The notes under the pieces were generated by a model. That model was given only the letters and a program-made list of their open reading frames with translations. It was not told the DNA's origin and ran no database searches. 64,000 bases of DNA, taken from assembly GCA_000091205.1 (NCBI GenBank), contig AP006502.2, one strand, 5' to 3'. Below are positions 44,401-55,442 of the stretch, piece by piece; within the stretch, counting starts at the first letter, position 1; the number at the start of each line of letters is the position of its first letter. The stretch is from Cyanidioschyzon merolae (lineage: Eukaryota). The position numbers were made by a program, and so were the translations under genes.

Positions 44401-45501
44401 TCCGGATAAGAGCTGAAACGGATAGCAGTCGGTCGGCCAAAAATGGCTGGGAAGCGTCTGCGCGTGAGTCTTCATGTACCTTCCATGATCTTGGGTGGTT
44501 TTGTTTCACTCACGATTTGGGCGAATACACGACTGAATCGCCGCAAGGGCTGATGTTTTCGGAACGCTCGCTGCGCTCTTCTTTACGACCAGCAGTATAT
44601 GGGCGCTCTTCGCGCGCCTATACACAAGCCTATCATTTTCCCCGAATGACGTCTCATCGCATGAGACGCATACACTTTCATCCTGTCATACGCTTTCGCG
44701 TTTCATTACAAACTCGACGGCGCTTGTTGCTGAAAGCGTGACGGTCTACCATAGAGGCATGCTTTTTTCTTTGTCCATCCGTGTCTCCTCATTACGATGC
44801 GTTCCAGCGGTTCAGATGCCTCACATCCTACGTCTTCTAAGGGAGCAATTTCTCGACAGCGTACGTATTGGATCGCATGCACAAGGCTACAGTCGTGCAG
44901 GCACAGTTTGTTAGATTCTGTTTTGGACGTGCGACTTTCAGGATAAGAACGACGACGACGACGACGAGAAAGGTTGCTCAACCAGCTGCTGACCAAAAAG
45001 TAACCGACATGGACACGAAAGGTTGTTTTTTTTCGCAACCTCTCCCCGATCTACAAAATGCATTCCTTTTGTTGAATACATGGGAGAAAAACAAAAACAA
45101 ACAACAAAAAAGGCGAGCTGGAGCACATGCTCCAGAATGCACTGCTCCAGCTTGAGCGATCGCTTGCATGGAGCAAGCTTGTCAAGTTCGTTGATGGATC
45201 TTACTTCACCTAGTCTGAAGCGTTTTCGGGGCGAGAATCCTTTGTTAGTCTAAGGGAACAGGTATACCTCTCGGGACGATGCTCGCTTAAGGCGAAGATC
45301 TCTATCACAATGGCAAATATATCCTAGTATCTATTCTTTTGCTGAGCGGCTCTTTACCGCGTTATTACTCAAGCGGGCCGCGTTTGATCACGATTTCACC
45401 GGGAAATCGCGCTCCTCTGCAAGTCCATAACTTGCGCTCCTGTTTGTATAGAAACATCAGCTTTGCGATTGCCTGATATTCTAACCTGAGCCCCATGGCT
45501 T

Positions 45502-47013
45502 CTACAATGTTTCCGAGAGCAGGCCCCCACTACTAAATGCCAGCGTTCGTGAATCCCGCAACGGTGCCTCTTGGGACTCTTGTTTGTGTTCGCTGTTGCT
45601 GGGACAGGTGTGGAAGTACGACTGGCCTGGGCCCAAGCTGATATACTTCGGATGGCGGCTGCGCCCCCAGTGTCGTAGCAGACAAGGTGCGTAATCGAGC
45701 TTGATTTGTACAGTCTCGTGTCGGTAATTACGATACATGGTCCCGTACGGAGGCCAGAATTCACGCGAGACCCCTTGTCGCCGCATCTGGAGATACTCGG
45801 ATACGGTGAGATAGATGCGGCCCGCGTTATGCTCCAGATGCGAGGCGATCTGCTCCAGCAGATACTCTTCTAAGAAAGCAGGGTCTAAGTTCTCATCCAA
45901 ATCTGGGACGTCGATACGGTTGCTCTCATAAAGATCAAAGTATCCCCAGCAACGCGATCTGCTATGCTTTCCATTAGCATGCGGCTGCAGCGGCATTCTC
46001 CCTTGGCATAACGCATGCAGTTTGCTCGCCTGCCCGAGCGCCACGTTGAATCCAGGTACCTGCGTGGACGCCAGAGTTCGTCGTTGTGCGCAGACGCCGT
46101 TGATATATCCCAAAGTCCATTCATCATATGGTGATCCGAACACCGAAGGCTCATAGCCCCAGATTTCTCGAAAAGCAGTCAATGCTTCTTTCAAGCGTTG
46201 GTGAAGACGACGAGCTGCGAGCCTGTGATCTGCACTCCACCAGGTGAACTCGCTATGCAGAGCATGTGAGTCTCGCCCACAGAGCCGATTCTCCACGAGG
46301 CACGCTCGGGCTGCATTCCTGCTCCAGGTTCCATTGTATGACAACGGGGCATGATCGGCGAGACTCTTCAGGAACTGAAAGGTGTACGTTGGCGGGTTGT
46401 GTGTGCTGATTCGCGGCACCACGAAACCATCTATGATTTCTACATCAAGGACTTCTGGTTGCCTGCGAATTTCCTCCAGCCAACGACGTGGATGAAGCAC
46501 ACTTCGGCCTCCAAACTCGGGTCTAAGGTTTCGCTGGTAAAACCAGTTGCGGAGCGCCTCCAACGCCTGCGCGTCGCCAATACTTTGTTCCATATATGTC
46601 GCGCGCCCTCTGGGGCCAGACCGCTCGACACCAGGTCTCCAGACCGGAAAAAAGACAGTGATTACCGGAGGCTCGCGCCCTTCGGAACGCGAACTCGTTT
46701 GCAGCTCCGTAAACGTGCGTGCGAGCGCCCTGTCGATAGTCCTCAGAACAGAGGTTCCGTAAAGTGTTGGGCCCGTCAGCGCCAAAGTCGTAAAGTTCTC
46801 AGGTTGGAGAACATAGTTAAAAGAAGCGTGCCTCGGATGTAAAATAAAACGATCTTGGAGCGCGGCTGCATGCCTTTTCGTCTGGTGCCGATTGAACAAC
46901 GCTAGCACCAAGCACAAAAGAAACACGAAAAAACCGAAGAGTGCGCACACCAAAAACCTGTCACTAGTGAAAGACTTGCTCTGTCGTCTAACATAGGGTC
47001 GAAACTTATGCAT
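45502..47013 (-). CDS. Hypothetical type II membrane protein
   Basis: 503-aa ORF with ATG. N-terminal anchor FLVCALFGFFVFLLCLVLALF then a large presumably lumenal domain. No confident family. Confidence 0.4.
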   Translation of the reverse strand: MHKFRPYVRRQSKSFTSDRFLVCALFGFFVFLLCLVLALFNRHQTKRHAAALQDRFILHPRHASFNYVLQPENFTTLALTGPTLYGTSVLRTIDRALARTFTELQTSSRSEGREPPVITVFFPVWRPGVERSGPRGRATYMEQSIGDAQALEALRNWFYQRNLRPEFGGRSVLHPRRWLEEIRRQPEVLDVEIIDGFVVPRISTHNPPTYTFQFLKSLADHAPLSYNGTWSRNAARACLVENRLCGRDSHALHSEFTWWSADHRLAARRLHQRLKEALTAFREIWGYEPSVFGSPYDEWTLGYINGVCAQRRTLASTQVPGFNVALGQASKLHALCQGRMPLQPHANGKHSRSRCWGYFDLYESNRIDVPDLDENLDPAFLEEYLLEQIASHLEHNAGRIYLTVSEYLQMRRQGVSREFWPPYGTMYRNYRHETVQIKLDYAPCLLRHWGRSRHPKYISLGPGQSYFHTCPSNSEHKQESQEAPLRDSRTLAFSSGGLLSETL

Positions 47014-47289
47014 ATGCCTCGCAAATATTTCAACAAAAAAGAATACCCTCGCCGCGAAGTCCAGCGTCGGTTGCAGGCAACGTCACCAGTGCTTCGCTGG
47101 TATCGAAGCGTTACTTTGAACGACCCACCGATGCCGGCGGCCGCGTGTCGCTGCTGGCCGTCATCGGCGGTGACGTGGCTTCTTCTGCAGCCACAATTGC
47201 CTCGATCATCTCTGGACGCAGTGCTGTGGAGCGATGACACGAGCCGGGGGCGATCGTACGAACGATACAGGTGTTTAAAATCAAACGTG

Positions 47290-47770
47290 TTCCAGGATCA
47301 GGTGCGTGTTCTCACATCCTTGTTCGCAGTTCATAGCAGATGCGTTCGAAAAGCTTTCATTTGGAGAAATAGAAATCCGAGGGAAAGGTAGCGCATGGAC
47401 GTTGGGGATCTTGGAGGGCTGTCAGTGCCAGATGTCCGGGAAAAAACCGAAAAATCCTATTTTCGCTAAGTATCGAGCGAAGAGTAGCAACTGAATATGA
47501 AGATGAGGAGGCGAGGTGGGCGAGAAAAGGTGTTTGCACGACGGGATGATGACGAAACTGTAGTGATGCAGAGAGCTCGAGTTCGAGGAAGCCTTGCACG
47601 TATGAGTTCAACCAGAGGCAATAAATGCAAGGAGTTCATTAACCGAGGCTTCAGCGCCATCAGCAATATCAGACGAGGTGCGGTGCTAAAGACGAGACCC
47701 AAGGAGCTTACGCGATTCAACGTTGTCGGGCAGCATCTGATGCTCGAAATGATGCCCGGATAAAAACTGA
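47290..47770 (+). repeat. Dispersed repeat copy (family T), second copy
   Basis: Homologous to 43960-44400. Tail NRGFSAISNIRRGAVLKTRPKELTRFNVVGQ resembles the tail of relic 2626-2952 (NIRRCAELMKRPAELTQVNVLGQ). Confidence 0.45.
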
Positions 47771-47939
47771 ACCGGAGAGCAAGCTGTCTGTCAAAAATTG
47801 ATGGGAGGCGTGTGTGCTTGGGTAACAAGTTACCCTCTACGGCCGTAGAACATTTCTCGTGTTCCCGATTATAGATACATAACATACTCATGGTCGCTGA
47901 AGTTCGGTTTCTCATTCTATGTCGTCATCATCAGTCTTT

Positions 47940-48300
47940 GAGGACCTTTTACGCGACTGCCTCCTTTTCCTACCTCTGATATCCGGCTTTGAAGACGGCG
48001 ATCGTTGCGCTCACTGCTGCTCTTTTTTCAGCAGTCTGAGGATGCTCATGGATGCGTCCAAGTAAGGAGTTAGCCGCTCCTAGCTTTCTTATAACGCATT
48101 TCAGGCGCAGACCGCAGCTGGGATATTTGCTTCGCATGCTATTTTCACCTTCATCGTAGACAATTTCGGTTCGCCTTTCGCACCGGTGACACTTGGCTGT
48201 GGTCGGGTCTTCTCGTGCGTCCGCTAAACCGCATTCATGCGCTGCTCTGCGGCTTACGAATGCTTGCTTCATCGCTCGTTATATGCCTGTAACAGGTGGA
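47940..48300. repeat. Dispersed repeat family Z, copy 1 (~360 bp)
   Basis: Nucleotide similarity to 50300-50660 (e.g. cctttcgcaccggtgacacttggctgtggtcgggtc vs cccttcgcagcggtgacacttgaatgtggtcaggtg). Minus-strand translations share KCHRCE.RT...C (zinc-ribbon-like). Confidence 0.5.
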
Positions 48301-49482
48301 GAAGCGCAAATCCGTGCGGTCTCCAGCCCGACATGAGATTTCAGTGTGGCGTGTGCTCCAAGCGCTGCAGTTCGCGGGGCTGACGTGTGCCTTTCCGATT
48401 CGACCCTGCTTAGATCAGGCCAAAGCCTCGTTGCGATGAATTCAGTATGAGGCACAGCCTACGGAGCGTTGAATGGGATGTACCGGACAAGCTGTTCGCG
48501 CGTTCGGCGCGACTAGAGGCTCCGGTGCATGGGTTCTTCTCCGAACGAGGAAAATTTCCTGTCCAGTGTCGATACCATGGGTCCAGGATGAAATCCGTTT
48601 TGAGCGAATCCCCTGGAAATAAAGCGCTGCCTGCGGCTGTGATTGTCTCATTCTGAAAGATCGTGGAGGCTCCCCAAGAACGCTTCACAATCGCGTTCAA
48701 TCTTTTGCGTGCATCGTTCCGTACGACAGTGCCGCTCGTGTCTATGCGGCACGGCTCCTTGTGCGCAGGCGTCCATTTTATTGAACTGCGACAAGCATGT
48801 ATGGAAACTCTGTTTCAGAGCTTCCCCAGAAGCCCAAGTTCAAACCTTTCTGTAGTCTCGAGTAGCCGTTGAGTCGAGTGCGGACCCAGTATCGTTCTCA
48901 AACATGATAAAATCGTACGGCAAGGTAACCACCGCGAGTGTGATGAAGGGATCGATGCGCTGCTGTGCCTGCAGAATTGAGCAGAACCGACGAAGCGATC
49001 GCAAGACAAACGTGGGGATGTCAGACCTCTTCCTTACCAAATCTTTGCGAGCTCGCGGCACGTGACGGCACCGTCGGCTTATACCCTGTGTATATGAAGA
49101 CCAAGGCAACGTTGCAAGTCGATCGTATTCAGAGCATGCTGTAGCCGCCTCACATCTATTCGGATGTGCGCACTGCGCAGACAATGCTAAATTTTTAGAG
49201 AACAATCCATGACACAATCAGTTCGCGAGTAACCGTCTCTCAAACCCTGTTACGCAAAAGTCCCTCATCTATCAAGAGTCATCGCTTACTGCATGGAGAC
49301 GTTCCCTGCTGGGGGCTGCACACTGATCGGGCGACCGGTGCACCGCGGCACAGCTCGCCATCCGTCGTCGGCGTCCGTTCTGGCTGCAGTCCACGAATAT
49401 CCCGTAACTAAGGAACAGGGTGTTGAACTCATCTGCGTCCAGAAAGGCATTCAAAAGTTCCTGCGGTGCAAGCAGAATCGTC

Positions 49483-50016
49483 CTACACGCGTCGCTGTTT
49501 CCACACTGCGCGCTTATTCTGGGGATGTCTTTTCGAAATGGGTTTCAAGGTTACCACATGTTTCTTCTTTCCAGGGGGCCGGTAGATGTCTCTGCGTTGC
49601 GAGTTTGTCCCTGTTCGACGCACAGCTAGTTGCGCCACAGCACGATCATTTAGGATGGTTTCCCGCTCGTCCCCCGGGTTTAACTCCTGGGGCGTGACGA
49701 CTACCATAGATTCCAAGTCACCTTTCGCTTCGGCCCGCTCAGCTAGCGGCCCGTGCACACAATTTAAACGTGGAGGCTCTGGCGTAGGCACAAAATTAGT
49801 TGCTATCTCAGCGCCACGGTGTCGAGCTTGCTGAACGTTAGAAGTGTCCGCGGAAGCCTGCTGCTGCTGTTGCTGCTGCCGTCGCCGCACAAAGCCGATT
49901 CGGTCATAGAGTTTGCCCGTGATCTGTTCAAGTCTCTCCTGATTCTTGACCGCCAGACGCTCCCGCGCAGCTTTCCGGTATGCTCGCTTTACTTTTGACC
50001 GAATCGACTTGGCCAT
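49483..50016 (-). CDS. Small basic protein with N-terminal MAKSIRSKVKRAYRK motif and poly-Q tract (possible conserved small nucleolar-type protein)
   Basis: In-frame ATG at 50016 inside track ORF 49483..50298. Lys/Arg-rich N- and C-termini; (CAG)n-encoded Q7. Family assignment is from memory of a conserved small eukaryotic protein beginning MAKSLRSKWKRK, not verified. Confidence 0.3.
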   Translation of the reverse strand: MAKSIRSKVKRAYRKAARERLAVKNQERLEQITGKLYDRIGFVRRRQQQQQQQASADTSNVQQARHRGAEIATNFVPTPEPPRLNCVHGPLAERAEAKGDLESMVVVTPQELNPGDERETILNDRAVAQLAVRRTGTNSQRRDIYRPPGKKKHVVTLKPISKRHPQNKRAVWKQRRV

Positions 50017-50299
50017 CCTGAGCGAACAAGCCGTTCCCGCAAACGCACTTTGCAACGATGACGGTGTGGCGCGGCGGGCGCGCCTCCGTAGGGACGGAGG
50101 CCTCGCGTCAAGCGCCGACAACAGCCACCGTTGTATATTGCTTTCCTTCGGCATTGTATCGATACTTCTAACCTGAGAATCGCTGTATGCACAATGGTTA
50201 TAGCAGGCATGTCGGAATGAAATAGAATGGGTCCACTTATTGTTCTCAGGCGTGTACGTGGCAGTTTGCAACCCTGCCACGGTTACCATTGTCATCAAT

Positions 50300-50660
50300 C
50301 CTAGCTTTTGTAGAATGTTTCATGGACTGCTTCCACTTCCTTTCTCTTATATCTGGCTTTGAAAATGATTGCTTCTCCTTTCCATCCAGCCCTGTTGTCA
50401 GCAGTCGAAATCTATTGATGTCGGTGTTCAAGTCCCGACTACGCGGCTTTCAGCTGTCGTTCGCACATTTCATGTACAGACGGTTGTTGCGCTCGACGTT
50501 TCGTTCGCCATGTTTACCTTCTTTGGTCGCAGACATGGTGCGCCCTTCGCAGCGGTGACACTTGAATGTGGTCAGGTGTGTTCCCTTATGCCAACCAAAC
50601 CGCCCAGCACCGGAGGCTGCACAGTGGCGCGTGCACGCTTGGCTCACCGTTCAGTAAACG
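50300..50660. repeat. Dispersed repeat family Z, copy 2
   Basis: See copy 1. Lies immediately adjacent to the 5' end of track ORF 49483..50298. Confidence 0.5.
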
Positions 50661-52150
50661 CTCTTGACGTGTACAAAAGAATAAGTTCGAAAGCTCCCTC
50701 CAATTCTAGGTCCGGTTCCGTAGCTTGAGATCACATGCTTCATCTGAGCGATGTCCTCGGCAACTGTTTCGTCCTCTTCACGCGAGAACGTATGCTGTTC
50801 CATTCGATAAAGGATTAGGGGAATAAGATGTTGTTCATGATGAACCGAGCCCCGGACGGCAAATTCGAGCTGGAGAACAAGTCAAGCAATGTCGAGCCTG
50901 CTACGCTCCTTCACTTCAAGGCGATGACGCATGCTCGACCGGATGCGATCGCCTCCATGACTCAATCCGAGTCCAAGAACGTTTTTGCTACGCAGCCATA
51001 CGAGACGGGAGCTCCTCGGTGCATCTCCCGAGAGCGGGGTTTCGTGCAGATCTCGAACGCTGTTATGTCGAGGACTCTACCAACAGCACGCTTTGTCTTC
51101 CGAACGGAGTGAATCGGTTATTGGGCATGACATATTCAGTGAACTCACAGCAGCAACACGTGAACATGTCGGCAGGAGACAACCGTAGGGCCCTAGCCGC
51201 ATCAATCAAGCGGTCCGAATGGCTGCGCCTTCGAGTTGCCGTGAAAAGTAAATGTCGAATGCCAGACCAACGATGATTGAGGCATGCTATGCATAAGAAA
51301 GAAAGAAGCGTAGATCCTTGTAAGCATCAACTGAATAATAATATCGATTATTTTACGAACTCTTGTTCAAGTGCATTGCGAATCAAGTATACTCCGGTGT
51401 CGTAACGAACATCAGCAGCTCAGAGTCGAAAGAGCCACTCCGCAAAAACGACCGAGGGCTCTAGGACCGCATATGAATCCGTAAGCCCTTATGACAACAT
51501 TTCGAATGTCGAGGCTGTATATCGAGAAAAGCTCAGGGACAAACTGGAAAGCAGGAGCATCGCGAGTCGTGCAATGCTCGATTTATAATTGACATGGGTG
51601 CAACATCTGAGGAAGCAACTAATGCTGCTTTTGAAACGCTCAGCGTCTCACACGCTTCACAAGAAACTTCCTCGGAAATCATGATCATTTCGCACGCTCC
51701 ACGGCCTGACTATCCATGCTGCAACGTCGAACGCAGGGCGGCGGGTATCCCGCGGACCCATTGCGCTGACAATACGAAGACCCGCGAACTGCGTCGCAAT
51801 GTCCATTTCGTCGCTTCGGTCCTTAGCAAGTGCTCGAGCACGCAGACAAGCAGTCGCCCGCTCGTTTCCTCTGCACTTGGTTACGGTGGGAGCGATTTAT
51901 TGCGTACAAAAAATTCAGCTTCATTTCTTCGCTGAACGAGGCAGAGAACGTTTGGAAGCACTGAAACGGCTGGAGGAGTGCACATCGCCGTGCTTTTCGC
52001 GGAGTTAGACCACTCGCACGTTGCACGCAATTCGAACTGAAGAAACTCCATGCGCTGCTAACAAGTCTTGCACGCGTCTGATAAATCAGCTAGTCCACCC
52101 TATCTTGCCTAGGTATAGGGATACCGCTCGCATTTCTGGTACATTCGATC

Positions 52151-53749
52151 ATGCTTCTGGCGGAAAGCCTCGGCGGCGTCGCTTTTGTCACCGTTCACAC
52201 GGTGCTGTGCGTCGCTGTACTGTACTTACCGTGGAACCGCGGCGACCGAGAAAGCTTCCGTGTCACTTGTCTAGGGGCTTTGAGCACTTGCGCTGTTATC
52301 GCTCTGAGCCTGGTGAATCTTCAGTTGTTCTTCACTGGCTTGACCTGGCGGGAGCTGTCGCGGACGTATCACTGGCTGAGGCCGTGGCACAGCTGGCAAG
52401 TCTATCTACTGGACTCTGGCGGTTTTTTGGTGCTCCTTTTTCTGCACGAGTACAGAAAAAGACAGCAGACTCCAGTTAAGAGTTCGTCATCGAGCACGTG
52501 TGCATCGACGTCGCAGTCCGCTTGCCCGAATGCGGAGAACGGCATCTATCGAAACGAGAGGCGAAATACCTGGTGCATGTTCCGAAGCCTGCTGATCGCA
52601 CCGATAACAGAGGAGCTCCTCTTCCGTTGTGTATTCGATGCAGCAATGAGATCAGCTCAAGTCCCTGAACTTGCCAGCATGATTTTCAACGGAGTCATGT
52701 TTGCCGTAGCGCACGCGCATCACTATTTCCGGCACCAGAGCAGGTCACTTCTCGGAAAGCAGCTTCTTGTAACGTTTTGCTTTGGTTGCGTCCAAGTCGT
52801 TTGCCTGAGACGGACGGATTACTCCCTGTGGGCCTGCATCGCAACGCACGCTTTGGCGAACGCGCTCGATCTGCAGAAAGTTTTCAGTGATAGGGGAGCG
52901 TCACATTTTCTCTACGGCGACGTAGGCCATCAGTTAGGAGCCCTGCTGCAAGCTGCAGCACCGCTCGTATTCATCTTGCGCTATGCGCTTGACATGGCCA
53001 TGCAAGCGAGTCCGTTCCGGTCCTCGATCCTCCAGGTGCATGCGGACCCGGGGCTGCTCGAGGAACGGCGTGAAATCATGCGTCCAACGACGCCGTTTTC
53101 GCTCTTCTTGATAGAATATCATCAGCGTGATCCGATCTTCGGGCGCTTCATGGCTCTCTGCTCCATGCTGCCTCAACTTTTATTCGCCGCAGAGGTCACA
53201 GCTGTCTACTGTTGGCGAAGTCCGCGCGCATTGCTCCTAGCTGTTGGCCAGATTGTGAACGAGACGCTGAGCTACGCACTCAAGCGATCGTGTCGGATAC
53301 CTCGCCCGCCAATCGCTCGACTGGAAGCAGATGCGTTCGGTTGGCCCTCTTCACACGCTCAGTTCATGTCCTACTTGTACGTTTTCTACGTACTCTATGT
53401 GTCTAGGCCACAGCGCAAGGCATCATCGAGCCACAACGGTGAAATGATGCACCAGACGCTTCCGAAGCGGAGGAAGACGACCGATTCAATTTCGGAAACC
53501 GTGGCAGTGATGTTTTTGCTAGGTCTGTCATCCGTTCTGGTGGCTGCCTCAAGAGTATACCTGGCATATCATTATCCCAGTCAGGTTTGGTATGGAATCA
53601 TCATGGGCACTATTTTCGCGATAACCTGGTTCCTTGCGAGTGAAAACGTTTTCTTATCCTACGTTCGATCATTGCGGATTCTCGTATGGCTCGGGTTCGG
53701 CGAAGATGACTCTGACCTGTTTCGCAGTATACTCAGAGATGTGCATTAG
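52151..53749 (+). CDS. Single ORF encoding an RCE1-type CAAX prenyl protease domain fused to a DOLPP1-like (PAP2) dolichyl-diphosphate phosphatase domain
   Basis: N-terminal half: RCE1 motifs APITEELLFRCV (EExxxR), FAVAHAHHYF (FxxxH), ATHALANALD (HxxxN/D). C-terminal half: PAP2/DOLPP1 motifs KRSCRIPRPP (KxxxxxxRP), GWPSSHAQFMSY (PSGH), SRVYLAYHYPSQVWYG (SRxxxxxHxxxD), plus DOLPP1-like N-region FLIEYHQRDPIFG. No stop codon between the two halves; ATG at 52151. Confidence 0.75.
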   Translation: MLLAESLGGVAFVTVHTVLCVAVLYLPWNRGDRESFRVTCLGALSTCAVIALSLVNLQLFFTGLTWRELSRTYHWLRPWHSWQVYLLDSGGFLVLLFLHEYRKRQQTPVKSSSSSTCASTSQSACPNAENGIYRNERRNTWCMFRSLLIAPITEELLFRCVFDAAMRSAQVPELASMIFNGVMFAVAHAHHYFRHQSRSLLGKQLLVTFCFGCVQVVCLRRTDYSLWACIATHALANALDLQKVFSDRGASHFLYGDVGHQLGALLQAAAPLVFILRYALDMAMQASPFRSSILQVHADPGLLEERREIMRPTTPFSLFLIEYHQRDPIFGRFMALCSMLPQLLFAAEVTAVYCWRSPRALLLAVGQIVNETLSYALKRSCRIPRPPIARLEADAFGWPSSHAQFMSYLYVFYVLYVSRPQRKASSSHNGEMMHQTLPKRRKTTDSISETVAVMFLLGLSSVLVAASRVYLAYHYPSQVWYGIIMGTIFAITWFLASENVFLSYVRSLRILVWLGFGEDDSDLFRSILRDVH

Positions 53750-54479
53750 AACGGCCCCCGGAACTTTCACGGAGCTTGGATTACACGGCAGCGTCGCAGT
53801 ATACCCGTCATTCGACTTTGTATGCACCTCGCTAAAGCTCTAGTGGATACACTTTTAGCCGAGCAGCAACTACCATAAACTCGGAGACTAGTGCTCGTTC
53901 AACGGCGCGATGGGCGCAACACGTGGCAGTTTTCAAGGATATCCGGGCACGCGACTGACTCACCGGCTATGGAAGAATAAAGCTCATCGACAGTGGTTCT
54001 TATGGAATGTGTACGACGTCTCAACGCTGCGAGCTTGCAATGGATCTCGATATCGGCTCGCTCAAAGTTCCTATGGTATGCGCACGGCGCTGCAGCGGAG
54101 CGTGGCTGCGTTGATCCCCTGATGCAGTCTTTCGCCTATCGCTTCGTTGATCTCCAAGGCATGCAACTCAAAAGCGCGCTGCATCTACATGCATGTTTCA
54201 TGCAAGTCTGACGAGGCGCACGCGGGTCCCACGAATGGGAGGATGAGAGTCGAGCACACGGACGCCACAGCAGATCGTGCATTTGCACCGATTGTCTGCT
54301 GTTTGGCTCGAGACTTGCACGGGTGCTCACAGCGAAGTCTCTGTCACGCTGATAACATATGCTGAATTGTCGCAAGCCGGGAATCATCATGAATGGATTC
54401 GCTTGGATCAGAGCTTTGTGGGCAATTTTCCGCAAATCGAGAGCAGAGTTTCACAGGCAGCCTTCGCAGTCGAATACAT

Positions 54480-55442
54480 TTACAGGGCTCTGTCATCTCG
54501 CATGGTGCTTGCTAGGACAGCGTCCGCACCTCGTTCACGCAGACCTCTCAGCAATGAGGCATTGGGGGCGTGCTCACGTGGCAGCTCCACGATGACTCGA
54601 AGCCCTAGTCTCCTAGCTTCCGGTGCGAACCGCTCGAGCAACGCCTCTGAGTCGCTAAGCATAGGCACAAGACTGTCGAGGTCTCTCTTCGCGAGAAGCA
54701 GAATGCTAATGCGGCCGTCATCGCTGTGCTGCCTCTTTGCTGTCAAAAGCGCATCCAACTCGGCGGCATCGTGCACTTCGATGATGGGCGCCATCCCCAG
54801 CGCAACGCTTGCCTTGGCAAAATACAGCGTATCCTTCAACCCAAGCACCTTCATGATAAGCACACAAGCATCAGCTTGATAAAAGCGCGCGTCGTACAGT
54901 TGCCATGGATACACGAAAATGTCCTTGCAGATAACCGGACACCTGACGACCTCATGAACCCTCCGAATATCCTCGTAGCTGCCGTAGAAGCGGCGCGACT
55001 CGGCATTCACCACGACTGCTCTGGCATCGTTCTTCTCTTCAGCCACATTTGCCAGAATAGGTGCAGACTCTGTGTCTTCCGGTGAGCAGCGCTGGTACTG
55101 GAAAAAGAGCACGCTCTCCGGCCCTGCGGAGTCCCAGAAAACCGAGTTGAGGTCGCGCACCGGAGCGACATCACTTTTCTCTAAGCGGCTTTTCATAAGG
55201 AACAGAGGCATGCGCTGCCGACGCACTTCAATTTCACGCTCTTTGGCCCAAACGAGCTCCTCGAGCAGGTTCCTCGGTTTATCCTCGGGGTTCTCAACGC
55301 CCCAGACGACGTTCTCTGCGAACACCTGACGGCCATTCCGGATGGAGCGTCGCCGAATCTGGTCAACTGCCTCGTTTGACCCTTCGCTACGCTCGCTGTG
55401 GTTGCATCTTAGGCTTACGATCCAACTCAGTCTCAAAGGCAT
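54480..55442 (-). CDS. trpC: Indole-3-glycerol-phosphate synthase (TrpC), with N-terminal targeting-like extension
   Basis: VICKDIFVYPWQLYDARFYQADACVLIMKVLG and LGMAPIIEVHDAAELDALL align with IGPS (ILCKDFIIDPYQIY.AR..GADAVLLI; LGME.LVEVHDEEE). N-region LLEELVWAKEREIEV matches the IGPS N-helix. ATG at 55442. Confidence 0.8.
   Translation of the reverse strand: MPLRLSWIVSLRCNHSERSEGSNEAVDQIRRRSIRNGRQVFAENVVWGVENPEDKPRNLLEELVWAKEREIEVRRQRMPLFLMKSRLEKSDVAPVRDLNSVFWDSAGPESVLFFQYQRCSPEDTESAPILANVAEEKNDARAVVVNAESRRFYGSYEDIRRVHEVVRCPVICKDIFVYPWQLYDARFYQADACVLIMKVLGLKDTLYFAKASVALGMAPIIEVHDAAELDALLTAKRQHSDDGRISILLLAKRDLDSLVPMLSDSEALLERFAPEARRLGLRVIVELPREHAPNASLLRGLRERGADAVLASTMRDDRAL

Noticed and set aside
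52930-53060. Interpretation of the RCE1 and DOLPP1 domains as two adjacent genes
   Set aside because: Not fully rejected. No stop codon, obvious intron signal or frame change separates them, and the linker contains a further hydrophobic helix. The single-ORF fusion is therefore the most parsimonious reading of the sequence as given. A sequencing error would be needed for the two-gene model.
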